Assembly (NCBI RefSeq): GCF_026151205.1
Contig: NC_087073.1
Coordinates: 10,202,636 to 10,266,635 of the forward strand
Origin: Bolinopsis microptera
Lineage: Eukaryota
Direction: 5' to 3'
DNA length: 64,000 bases
Below are positions 11,278 through 22,216 of this stretch, one piece after another; within the stretch, counting starts at the first letter, position 1, and each line of letters opens with the position of its first letter. The position numbers and the translations under genes are program-made. The notes below the pieces were generated by a model. It was not told where the DNA came from and ran no database searches. It saw only the letters and a list, made by a program, of their open reading frames with translations.

Positions 11278-12249
11278 AATAACATTCTCAATTCAATAGC
11301 AATCAAATGTTTACAATTAAACCAAACTGTGCACAATTGTAATGCGTGTGATATAGTTAAGAGACAAATACACGGTAAAGTAGGGTCAAGTAAAAATTAT
11401 GACATCACATCATCATACATGTCTAAAAAATATCATCGCATAAAATATAAAATAAATATTTCCCCACCAACATTAACTATTTACCAAATAAAATATTCTA
11501 AAAAAATTTATCAAAACATTATCCTATAAAGATCTTATCAAACTTCGCAGTGGAATACAAATTTATAAATTGCTTCCTTGCCACATGAGGACGAAACCAA
11601 ACACAATTGTTATGTTTCTCTTTATTACTTAAATTTAACAATAAGATTTTTTGAAACAGTGTACACATAATGTCACAATGACCCTATATAAAAATAACCC
11701 TTCAAAAAATCAATATTTTGAAAATCACCCTCGACCCTGTTATGGGCTCCAAGTTCAAATCTAAACTGTATATATTGACAAAGTTCTTACTCGCCCCTCT
11801 GTCTCCCTCTTTCTTACTGACAGAACTGGCTGGGTAAATATTAAAAAATACGTGGTAGAGAAACAAAACAAAAACCAATTTTTTTATTAATCATTCTGTA
11901 ATCAAAAATTAATATTGTAAACAATAATGTAAGACAGAGAGATTTTAAAAAGATTATATATTTAAAAAAGATCCTGTCCTCATTTGAAGGTTCGATGGTT
12001 GTAGCGCAATGCACTACTGGGCCACGCCGCACATCAAATAATTGTTCTCGCAACCGGTATAGATCGGCGAAATGCACATCGGTGAATTGGGCCTCGCCTT
12101 GTATCACGTCGTGACCCACATTGTCGTTTTACTAATACAGGGGAGCCGCGCACGAGGGTCATACAATGTGTGACAAATTTCGACAAGAAAGTGGCGCACT
12201 ACTTTGAAAAAATTTAAACGAGTATCACCCGTCTTTACATACAACATAG

Positions 12250-12375
12250 CCATGTGTTTACGCGTACTGCGTGACGTTGCTCTAACCATGAACCAGAGCC
12301 TCTCGCTTCATGTGAAACAAGCGCGTCACGCAGTACGCGTAGACACATGACTATGTGAATGCGTGACACACTTGT
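12250..12375. repeat. compound hairpin: ~32-bp inverted repeat (catagccatgtgtttacgcgtactgcgtgacg / cgtcacgcagtacgcgtagacacatgactatg) with an overlapping second inverted repeat (catgtgaaacaagcgcgtcacgc / gcgtgacacacttgtttcacaag)
   Basis: Read directly as reverse complements. Also present in the copy at ~24005-24130. Confidence 0.6.
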
Positions 12376-12397
12376 TTCACAAGTAGAATATCTTTGC

Positions 12398-13257
12398 CGC
12401 CTTCGGCGGTCGCGCGCTACTGCAGGCGAGAGGGATCTGGTTACAGCAATCACCCGTCAAAATTAATGATATGGCACAATATTTACAGTTTCAAAGGTTT
12501 TTTTGTAGTTTACTATATTCTACTTGCTAGTCCATCTATATTATAATTTAAAGTATTATGTTTGTTTGCACTTGCCATAATATTTCGAGAAGAAATCGGT
12601 GCGCGCTTCTTCGAAGAAATTTAGACGAGTAATATCTTGGAGGACTTCGCCGCTTCGATGCGCCGCGCAAGCTAGCATTCTTGCTTCGCGTCGCAGAGCT
12701 ACGATCTGGAAGGGTTGACATCGTCAATCAATGATCAAGTAACATCTGTCAATAACGAGGGTTATTTTACACACATGCACGTGCAATCATTGTTGGAACG
12801 ACGCGACATTTTCAACATAAGGAAGCAGCTTCGTTTTGAAATCCTAATAAGAACAACAGTGATTTCTTTACGGGGAGACAGAGGTGCGATAAAAAACTTT
12901 ATAACAAGTTCGGCCTAAAATTTGACCATTGTTAATGATCTGGCCCGGCGCGCGCTACTTCGTAGCACGTGCCATCGTTTCGAGAAAATTACTTTGAAGA
13001 AATTTAGACGAGTAACGTCCGTCAATCTAAAATATGTAAAAATTTTAGGTTTGATACCGTTAGTAGTGTCAACTGTCATCAGTAATACGAATCACAAAAT
13101 GGAATAAGGTTCAAGGGGATTAGCTCAACATAAGCTTCCGTAACAGTGTTTCCCAACCCATCCTAACAGCTATATAAAATTGGTTATACATTTGAGGAAG
13201 CAACACAATATTAAATAATACTGCATATGTTGCTCTAACCAGAGCCCTCTCGCTTGC
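12398..13257. mobile_element. TIR-bounded ~0.9 kb segment of Y (TIR ~45 bp, GCCTTCGGCGGTCGCGCGCTACTGCAGGCGAGAGGGATCTGGTTA); its 3' TIR is truncated by the duplication breakpoint
   Basis: The full copy at ~24155-25040 ends with aaccagagccctctcgcttgcagtagcgcgcgaccgccgaaggc, which is the reverse complement of its start. In unit 1 the end stops at gcagtagc|A. Confidence 0.35.
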
Positions 13258-13428
13258 AGTAGCTATTAATGCCCAGAGATTGCTTAACTAGCCTTCAGTG
13301 ACTGGTAACGGACTTAGTGGTTGCCGGTTGAGACTTAAAGTTCAACAAAAACAACAATGGCGAACCTAGCAAGCGGCCACGGTCCTTTCGGTACAAATTT
13401 TCCTGCAGCATAGTCGGGACGCAACCCC

Positions 13429-13438
13429 AGGCATATGC
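13429..13438. repeat. target-site duplication AGGCATATGC of E copy 2 (partner at 20730-20739)
   Basis: Identical 10-mers abut both E termini. A single occurrence is seen at the empty site 3775-3784. Confidence 0.55.
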
Positions 13439-15377
13439 GGTCGCGCTAAATCACTCTACAGTCGATTCTTCCATTTTCACCACTTTTAGTTTCGCATTGG
13501 ATAAGCACATGTTATACGCGCGCGTTACGTGTCAATCATATTTGATCCCGATTTCTTACTTTGGGTTTCAAACTTGCTTGTCGAGTTTTCGTCAATAATC
13601 AATTATCATCCATGATTCATCATTGCCACTTGTGTAATACCTTGAAATCCTATAAGTTGAATGAATAGGTTTTTAAATTGTTGACATAGCATAGAAGGAC
13701 TGTTGTCAGAATGTAGAATGATACAGAGCCGCCTTCAGAAGTTAAAATTGTTGAGCCGTATTTTCTAGTGTACTGTTTCGTATGACATATGAGTCGAGGT
13801 ACAAATAGAATTTTTCGCTGGATCAAAATGCTGAGATTTTAATATAAAGCAAAGCCAAGTTGAAGTATCAATAAACTATAGTTTAGATTACGCCTGATTG
13901 CTTGAGTCCTATTTAAAAATATTTTTGATATGTCATCCTAGAAATAGAATCACAAATTTTGCATTCGTTTTAATTGTGTTTTTTTTATGCGAAGAGCATA
14001 TATTGTTTTTCCTTAAGCCATAGCTGATCCAGCTATTGTAGAAGTCTACGGTCTTACTTTAGAAACACTGCGCTTCTTATTTGAATCATTAAATCTAGGC
14101 TGCATAAAATGATAGGTTTTCGAATTTTGACCTGAGCAGCCGAAACTGATATTATTATTATTGTTATCCATATAATATACTATTATCGATGTAGTTTAAT
14201 AGACTATAAATTTATTATATAACCTGGTTTTATTTCCATAGAAGTGTTTTTACCAGTTACTTTAGTAAATTAACAAAATGTACGTCTCCACTCTGCAGTT
14301 CCGACTGCAATTCGAACTTTGCCGTCTAGAATCTAGTGTGAATATTATGGATATTTACAACAAATATTTTAATTATCAGGTTCATCAGCATGGGACAAGT
14401 TGCAGATCAACCGCCATATAGGTACGTACTACAAGTGTTCATTTATGACTCAGTAATACAATTAAACAACAAGTTAACTTAAGAGTTGCAATTTGATTGA
14501 TATACAATATCATGCGATAGTTTATTAAAAAACTTCGAAGGCTTTTAACTTGAATAACAATATCATTTTTAAAGCAAGGTTTGTAATTGAAGGCAAGCAT
14601 ATCGGTCTGTACTGATGTAAAGGATTTTTGTTCTCAGTTTCTATGAAATTGTACCATGTACATATTTTTACCTCGTTCACCCTTCCAGCTCATGCATCAA
14701 GGCTGATTCTTCATCCTCACACTTACACGCCTTCAATTAGTCATCACCTGGAACTTTATCATATATAATTATAATCACGTCATCGCCCCATCATCCCTTA
14801 TAGTCGAAGACGATAACATATGCATATTGTATAATTCTGCAAAATAAAACATGTTTTATTACTTATATGTTTGAACCAACTCCCTATCCCCTCCTAGATT
14901 ATCAATTTTTCTCAATTTTTGCTACTTTTCAAAAGTTCAAAGAATCTTTTAATAAGCTTGAACCTCCCATAATATCTCTGGACAGTATAATGTATGTGTC
15001 CGGTGAACGAATCAATTCTCTCTCAAATTATATGTGTTCACTGTTCACTGTTAATTCACAGTTTATTTGCGAAAAGTTTCTACTATCAGCTAATTTAATT
15101 TAATTACAACTTGTTTTATTTAACCTTCCCCAGTTTGGCTATGAAATAATTGATATCACCAAATAAAATCAGCCCACGTTAAGATTCACCGTTAATAAGT
15201 ACAAAAAATACATACTCACATTCCTACTCAGTGCACACTATGTATAATAACTGTTGCCAGATAAAACATTCAATGAGTTGCTTTAATTACAATTAATAAA
15301 CGATGTGCAATGTATAATATTATATATAGATAGCTTATGACTACATTTTCCATGGTAAAATGGGTGGGCGACAATTA

Positions 15378-15957
15378 ACCCTGACCCTGACCCTGACCCT
15401 GACCCTGACCCTGACCCTGACCCTGACCCTGACCCTGACCCTGACCCTGACCCTGACCCTGACCCTGACCCTGACCCTGACCCTGACCCTGACCCTGACC
15501 CTGACCCTGACCCTGACCCTGACCCTGACCCTGACCCTGACCCTGACCCTGACCCTGACCCTGACCCTGACCCTGACCCTGACCCTGACCCTGACCCTGA
15601 CCCTGACCCTGACCCTGACCCTGACCCTGACCCTGACCCTGACCCTGACCCTGACCCTGACCCTGACCCTGACCCTGACCCTGACCCTGACCCTGACCCT
15701 GACCCTGACCCTGACCCTGACCCTGACCCTGACCCTGACCCTGACCCTGACCCTGACCCTGACCCTGACCCTGACCCTGACCCTGACCCTGACCCTGACC
15801 CTGACCCTGACCCTGACCCTGACCCTGACCCTGACCCTGACCCTGACCCTGACCCTGACCCTGACCCTGACCCTGACCCTGACCCTGACCCTGACCCTGA
15901 CCCTGATCCTGACCCTGATCCTGATCCTGATCCTGATCCTGATCCTGACCCTGACTT
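15378..15957. repeat. mirror hexamer array (CCCTGA)n, ~96 units
   Basis: Reverse complement of the left array. It is one unit longer (267- vs 265-aa spurious ORF). Confidence 0.95.
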
Positions 15958-16161
15958 TAAACTTTCCAGATAGTTACATGGCTATATATGAATATATGAA
16001 ACATTTGACATGGAGTTGTAGAGTGAGTTATGTGCCTCGCCGGGCTAAAGTAGTGGATGTCCTTGCTGTACGGCAAGTTAAACAAGGAACTGAAACTACT
16101 AGGTTCCGTACAGACTCAACTCTGCACCCATGTCAACATGTTCATTATATGCAAGCCTCTT

Positions 16162-17390
16162 GATTTATAAGACGGATAATCTGAGCAAGTTTGGGCAAAT
16201 TTCTATGTGCCAAACTTGAGATATGACTTCAAAAACATTAAAATATCTCAAATTGGCGGTTTTGGTACGATATTTGACGAAAGTCGATTATCTCAAGATC
16301 TAACTGATAGAATTTCTTTAAACTTTCCAGATAGGGGGGGAGCCAAGTAGATTTTTGTAGATATTTGGATACGTTAATTCACCACTTTTTTCGTGAATTA
16401 TCCATTACAATAATCTACAAATATCTACATTTATCTACAAAAAATGTATATCTCAAATATGTGCCCAGAAATTCTACTGAATTTTTGGAGATAAATGTAT
16501 AAATTTGTAGAATTTGTAGAATTTTCGTGAATTATCCATTGACAATAATCTACAAATATCTACATTTATCTACAAAAATGTAATCTCAAATATGTGCCCA
16601 GAAATTCTACTGAATTTTTGGAGATAAATGTATAAATTTGTAGAATGTCAACCACTTTTTTCGTGGATTATTCATTCTACATTAATCTACAAATATCTAC
16701 AAATATCTCCTTGGCTCCCCCCCCCCCAGATAGTTACATGGCTATAAGACGATTAATCTGAGCAAGTTTGGGCGAATTCATATGTGCCAAACTTGAGATA
16801 TGAATTCAAACACATTAAAATATCTCAAATTGGCAGTTTTGGTACGATATTTGACGAAAGTCCATTATCTCAAGATCTTACTGATAGAATTTCTTAAAAT
16901 GTTTCCAAATAGTTACATGGCTATAAGACAGACAATATGAGCAAGTTTGAGCGAATTTCTATATGCCAAATTTGAGATATAACTTCAAACACAAGAAAAT
17001 ATCTCTAATTGGTGCGTTCTCGCGGAACGCGGGCATATATTTTGAGATCTAACTGATAGAATTTTTTAAACTTTCCAGATAGTTACATGGTTATAAGACG
17101 ATTAATCTGAGCAAGTTTGGGCGAATTTTTATGAGCCAAACTTGAGATATGACTTCAAACACATTAAAATATCTCAAATTGGCGGTTTTGGTACGATATT
17201 TGACGAAAGTCGATTATCTCAAGATCTAACTGATAGAATTTCTTTAAACTTTCCAGATAGTCACATGTCTATAAGACGGATAATCTGAGCAAGTTTGCGC
17301 GAATTTCTATGTGCCAAACGTGAGATATGACTTCAAACACAAGGAAATATTTCAAATTCTATCAGTTAGATCTTGAGAAAATCGAAAATA
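16162..17390. repeat. mirror copy of the ~178-bp satellite inside E copy 2
   Basis: Reverse complement of 7320-8548. Confidence 0.8.
16334..16738. mobile_element. mirror copy of the nested poly-G/C-terminated MITE
   Basis: Reverse complement of 7983-8387. The G-run and C-run lengths are swapped accordingly (7 vs 11). Confidence 0.5.
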
Positions 17391-19309
17391 ACCGTCAGCT
17401 TATGTAATGTAATCACAACTTGTTTAAGTTGACTATGAAAACCTTCCCCAGTTTGGCTATGATATAATTGATATCTCTAAATAAAATTGGCCTACGTTAA
17501 GATTCACCATTGAGCGAGCTACAAAAAATACACAGTACACACTCACATTCCTACCCAGTGCACTGTTGCCAGATAAAACATTCAATGACTTGCTTTAATT
17601 ACAATTAATAAACGATGTGCAATGTATAGTATAGATAGCTTATGACCACATATGTTTCCATGTATATTCAGTAGTCAATGACTAGACAGTGTTATTTAAA
17701 ATTACAAAGAATAAAATGGCGTCTGGACTTGGGACCAGCTCATAGTACATTTCATTAATGCCCTCTGAAAACCATTCTGCTAGCTAAAAAATGATATTTT
17801 TAGGTAAAACGTACTGAAAATTAAAATTAAGATCAAAAATTGAAAACGAACTAACAAAAAGAATGACACGTCATGCTAAAATACATATTCCGAAGTAAGA
17901 TTAATCCCAGAATAATTTTTAGCAACTTTCAGACACGTTTTCAAACATAATCCAACAGCTACAGACAACTGCTGCAAGGAACTATTTCTTCCAGATGTAA
18001 TGAATCGAAATTTAATAGGGTCCTTGTGCATTTTTGTCGTACCATACAGATATGGAAGCTTTCTATTCTCAGACTTGATTTTAATTCCATGAGACTTGAG
18101 GAAGTCTACATGTCTGAGAATGATTTCAGGATCTTGTTAAGGTTGATATCCTCAACATATTTATTAGTGTACTGAACTACCATGTAATTGTTACTTTTAG
18201 GTTGACTCTTCTTTGACCAAACGTATTTACATCGATACAATTAGTATAATGTAAACAAACAAAACCCCGATTTACCACGAACCCCGATTTACCGCAGATG
18301 TTTCCTTTCCCCCAAACTCCGCGGTCAATCGGGGTTTTACTGTATTTAAAAAGTTTCGATTCCGCAATAATTTCCGTTCACAAATTAGGTGGAATCATGA
18401 TTCATACATATCAAATTCTGCATAGATGTATATATTGATATTGTATAACTCAATCTATAGCATATAATAAGACGGGTGTACTCATCAATTAATTTGGTTT
18501 AAACACTACTTTATTTAGCTCCTTATTATATTTGAAATCCGAATTGAATATTATTTATGAGAGTCAAATTTCTGTTGATCCCACGTTTGATTACGATGTT
18601 GTCACATTGAAACGTTGAATAATTCCTTTCCTCCTTATTTTATTTTTCATAAATATCTTATCATAAATATCTTATCAGGAGCAAAGAAAAACAGTCCTGG
18701 CTGTCCAAGAACACTAACAGGGCCGGAACACACAACCAGTGATAGCAGGAAATACAACAAGCAGTGGCGTAACAACAAAAAGAACTAGAGGGATAGAACA
18801 GGTTACCACTTCCTGCAAAGAAGAAGAATAAAAAACATTCCCCCCATCTCACGTGCAGGCAGATTAAAAATCTTACTGTTATCTATATTTTGAGACCTCA
18901 TGTGGCGTGTTTTTCTGCTTTTTATACTTATAATACTAAAGATTCTGCAGTCTTAACTCTTATACTTTTCAAGTAAAAATAATTGACTTCGGTAAAATTG
19001 TAATATGCCGACTCGCTATAAAGGTTTAAAACATGAGTGATTGTTGGTTGTAAAGTGCTAAGTATTTTTCCTTCTTAAATGGCTATATAAAAAGGCTTGT
19101 TATATTAGCCGGAGTTTAGCAGCTCTGAAACAACCTTATGATAGAGCGCACAAATATAGAGCAGCTGTTATGAACAGTCAACTAATAGCCATTTAACGGC
19201 CGTGATCATGTCGTTACGATAATACATAATAGCCGTCTCAGCTTTTTTAGCCGGTTAATTAGTTTACCGGCTTACGCAGTGGGAGATTTATAATTCGCAT
19301 CGTTTTGTC

Positions 19310-20342
19310 GTTTTAGAACCTAGAAATAGTGCTCAAAGCTGGCTTTGTGGTTAAGTTTTGTAGTTGGAAAGTGTTTTTAATGTAGAGTACTAGGAGCTCT
19401 GAGGATTTATTATTCGCATCATTTAGCCGTCTCATAACCTAGAAATAGTGCTCAGAGCTGGTTTTGTGGTTAAGTTTTGTAGTTGGAAAGTGTTTTTAAT
19501 GTAGAGTACTGGGAGCTCTGAGGATTTATAATTGGCATCATTTAGCCGTCTCATAACCTAGAAATAGTGCACAGAGCTGCAGTTTAGTGGTTAAGTTTTG
19601 TAGTTGGAAAGTGTTTTTAATGTAGAGTACTGGGAGCTCTGAGGATTTATAATTGGCATCATTTAGCTGTCTCATAACCTAGAAATAGTGCTCAGAGCTG
19701 GTTTTGTGGTTAAGTTTTGTAGTTGGAAAGTGTTTTTAATGTAGAGTACTGGGAGATCTGAGGATTTATTATTCGCATCATTTAGCCGTCTCATAACCTA
19801 GAAATAGTGCTCAGAGCTGGTTTTGTGGTTAAGTTTTGTAGTTGGAAAGTGTTTTTAATGTAGAGTACTGGGAGCTCTGAGGATTTATTATTCGCATCAT
19901 TTAGCCGTCTCATAACCTAGAAATAGTGCTCAGAGCTGGTTTTGTGGTTAAGTTTTGTAGTTGGAAAGTGTTTTTAATGTAGAGTACTGGGAGCTCTGAG
20001 GATTTATTATTCGCATCATTTAGCCGTCTCATAACCTAGAAATAGTGCTCAAAGCTGGTTTAGTGGTTAAGTTTTGTAGTTGGAAAGTGTTTTTAATGTA
20101 GAGTACTGGGAGCTCTGAGGATTTATTATTCGCATCATTTAGCCGTCTCATAACCTAGAAATAGTGCTCAGATCTCGCTGGTTTTGTGGTTAAGTTTTGT
20201 AGTTGGAAAGTGTTTTTAATGTAGAGTACTGGGAGCTCTGAGGATTTATTATTCGCATCATTTAGCCGTCTCATAACCTAGAAATGGTGCTCAAAGCTGG
20301 TTTAGTGGTTAAGTTTTGTAGTTGGAAAGTGTTTTTAATGTC
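19310..20342. repeat. mirror copy of the ~119-bp satellite inside E copy 2
   Basis: Reverse complement of 4368-5400. Confidence 0.85.
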
Positions 20343-20729
20343 GTGTTCGGTGTTTTATAACTCCCGACATGGCTGCACAACAGTCTCCCTTAAGAACACT
20401 TTCCACTGTTAATACAAATTATCATTTACGATCGTTGTTCTACCAATCTGCCTTAATAAATTTGTTCATGAATTCATACACTGTAAGTGTAGACTGTATT
20501 ATTAGTGCCGTACATTTGATTAGCAATTTACTGGGCATGCGACTTAATTGTGCCATGATGTTGATAGTTGCCAAATTTCGGTAACAAATTAGGACTTAAT
20601 TTGAGTTTACTGCACGCGCGATGAATAATTTGTGTTTATAGAGATCTGCGGCGCGTTATCAGGTTAACCAATGAAATCACGGCGTTTTTGTCACGTGACA
20701 GTCGACTGTAGAGTGATTAATTATCATCC

Positions 20730-20739
20730 AGGCATATGC
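20730..20739. repeat. target-site duplication AGGCATATGC of E copy 2 (partner at 13429-13438)
   Basis: See partner. Confidence 0.55.
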
Positions 20740-20937
20740 ACTCTTGTTATTTTCGCAGCTCTAATGAAAGCCACTACCATTCACACCATGGTTTGGTGAG
20801 TGACAGCTGCCCATCAATTTTGAAATCTGGGCCCAACTGGGATTCGAACTCGCAACATATCACAATGACCCCTAAATACTTACTTGAAAGCTATGCTTCA
20901 CGTTGGGAAGCTTTTTACTGGGCGGAGCTCCCGCCGA
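20740..20937 (+). repeat. segment X copy 2; E is inserted immediately to its left
   Basis: Direct repeat of 3785-3981. It is followed by gctcccgccg|aataacattc with no interruption, which is the empty site for the copy-1 insertion. Confidence 0.4.
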
Positions 20938-21716
20938 ATAACATTCTCAATTCAATAGCAATCAAATGTTTACAATTAAACCAAACTGTGCACAATTGTA
21001 ATGCGTGTGATATAGTTAAGAGACAAATACACGGTAAAGTAGGGTCAAGTAAAAATTATGACATCACATCATCATACATGTCTAAAAAATATCATCGCAT
21101 AAAATATAAAATAAATATTTCCCCACCAACATTAACTATTTACCAAATAAAATATTCTAAAAAAATTTATCAAAACATTATCCTATTTTAAAGATCTTAT
21201 CAAACTTCGCAGTGGAATACAAATTTATAAATTGCTTCTTTGCCACATGAGGACGAAACCAAACACAATCGTTATGTTTCTCTTTATTACTTAGATTGGA
21301 CAATAAGATTTTTTGAAACAGTGTATATATAAAAATAACCCTTCAAAAAATCAATATTTTGAAAATCACCCTCGACCCTGTTATGGGCTCCAAGTTCAAA
21401 TCTAAACTGTATATATTGACAGAGTTCTTACTTCTTACTCGCCCCTCTGTCTCCCTCTTTCTTACTGACATAACTGGCTGGGTAAATATTAAAAAATACG
21501 TGGTAGAGAAACAAAAAAAACCAATTTTTTTATTAATCATTCTGTAATCAAAAATTAATATTGTAAACAATAATAATGTAAGACAGAAAGATTTTAAAAA
21601 GATTATATATTTAAAAAAGATCCTGTCCTCATTTGAAGGTTCGATGGTTGTAGCGCAATGCACTACTGGGCCACGCCGCACATCAAATAATTGTTCTCGC
21701 AACCGGTATAATAGAT

Positions 21717-22216
21717 TTTACCAAAACCCATAATCATGGGTAGAGTGGACCGCTGTCAGTGTCTCTCTTTCCCAAACAAAAGGAAATGATATTACTTTGA
21801 ATGACCGTTATCAAATGCAAAATGATACCGAGAATGAAATCGGTCGCTCGCTTTTCCCATTCATTCACGGCTTACGAATTGTAATAAGTTTCGATTGATT
21901 ACATCAATCAGATGCTGTAAAAATCTCTTTGGGTTGCGTTCGGGTCGATACCTAGTATTTCGGGGTAAGGGTGGTAGTTATTAGTATTACTTATTGAATT
22001 AGCTGAAGTTTATTGAATCTTCATTGCCGAGTACAGCTGCCTTTGGGTAGTTCTTCTTAATCTATTACAATTGTAAATGAATGGGAAAAGCGAGCGACCG
22101 ATTTCATTCTCGGTATCATTTTGCATTTGAGAACGGTCAATCAAAGTAATATCATTTCCTTTTGTTTGGGAAAGAGAGACACTGACAGCGGTCCACTCTA
22201 CCCATGATTATGGGTT
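21717..22216. mobile_element. ~500-bp MITE with ~150-bp terminal inverted repeats, inserted into the Y copy of unit 2
   Basis: 21717-21868 (ttttaccaaaacccataatcatgggtagagtggaccgctgtcagtgtctc...) is the reverse complement of 22066-22216. It is absent from the corresponding site of unit 1 (12055, caaccggtatagatcggcg). Confidence 0.6.

Larger units (their letters stand above)
3582..13257 (+). repeat. tandem segmental duplication, unit 1: A(3582-3784) - X(3785-3981) - [E inverted] - Y(11278-13257)
   Basis: Segment A (gctattaatgcccagag...ccccaggcatatgc) recurs at 13259-13438. Segment X recurs at 20740-20937. Segment Y recurs at 20938-~25006. The unit boundary ...gcttgcagtagc|tattaatgccc falls at 13257/13258. 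Confidence 0.6.
13439..20729 (+). mobile_element. element E copy 2 (~7.29 kb, direct orientation)
   Basis: Termini ggtcgcgctaaATCACTCTACAGTCGA ... TCGACTGTAGAGTGATtaattatcatcc. It is flanked by the 10-bp direct duplication AGGCATATGC (13429-13438 and 20730-20739). The uninterrupted site ccccaggcatatgc|actcttg is present in unit 1 at 3771-3791. Confidence 0.6.

Noticed and set aside
11841-12119. Triplicated ORF family (MGHDVIQGEAQF.DVHFADL..LREQLFDVRRGPVVHCATTIEPSNEDRIF; also 21343-21702 and 23531-23875).
   Set aside because: It is part of the duplicated Y segment, the conserved stretch is short (~50 aa), and I recognise no family. It is probably a remnant within repeat sequence rather than a gene.
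3982-20729. Whether the palindrome is an assembly fold-back artifact.
   Set aside because: This cannot be excluded without reads. However, the outer flanks are not mirrored (A-X vs X-Y). Each arm has a distinct 10-bp target-site duplication and a matching empty site. The arms differ by small indels. All of this favours a real structure.
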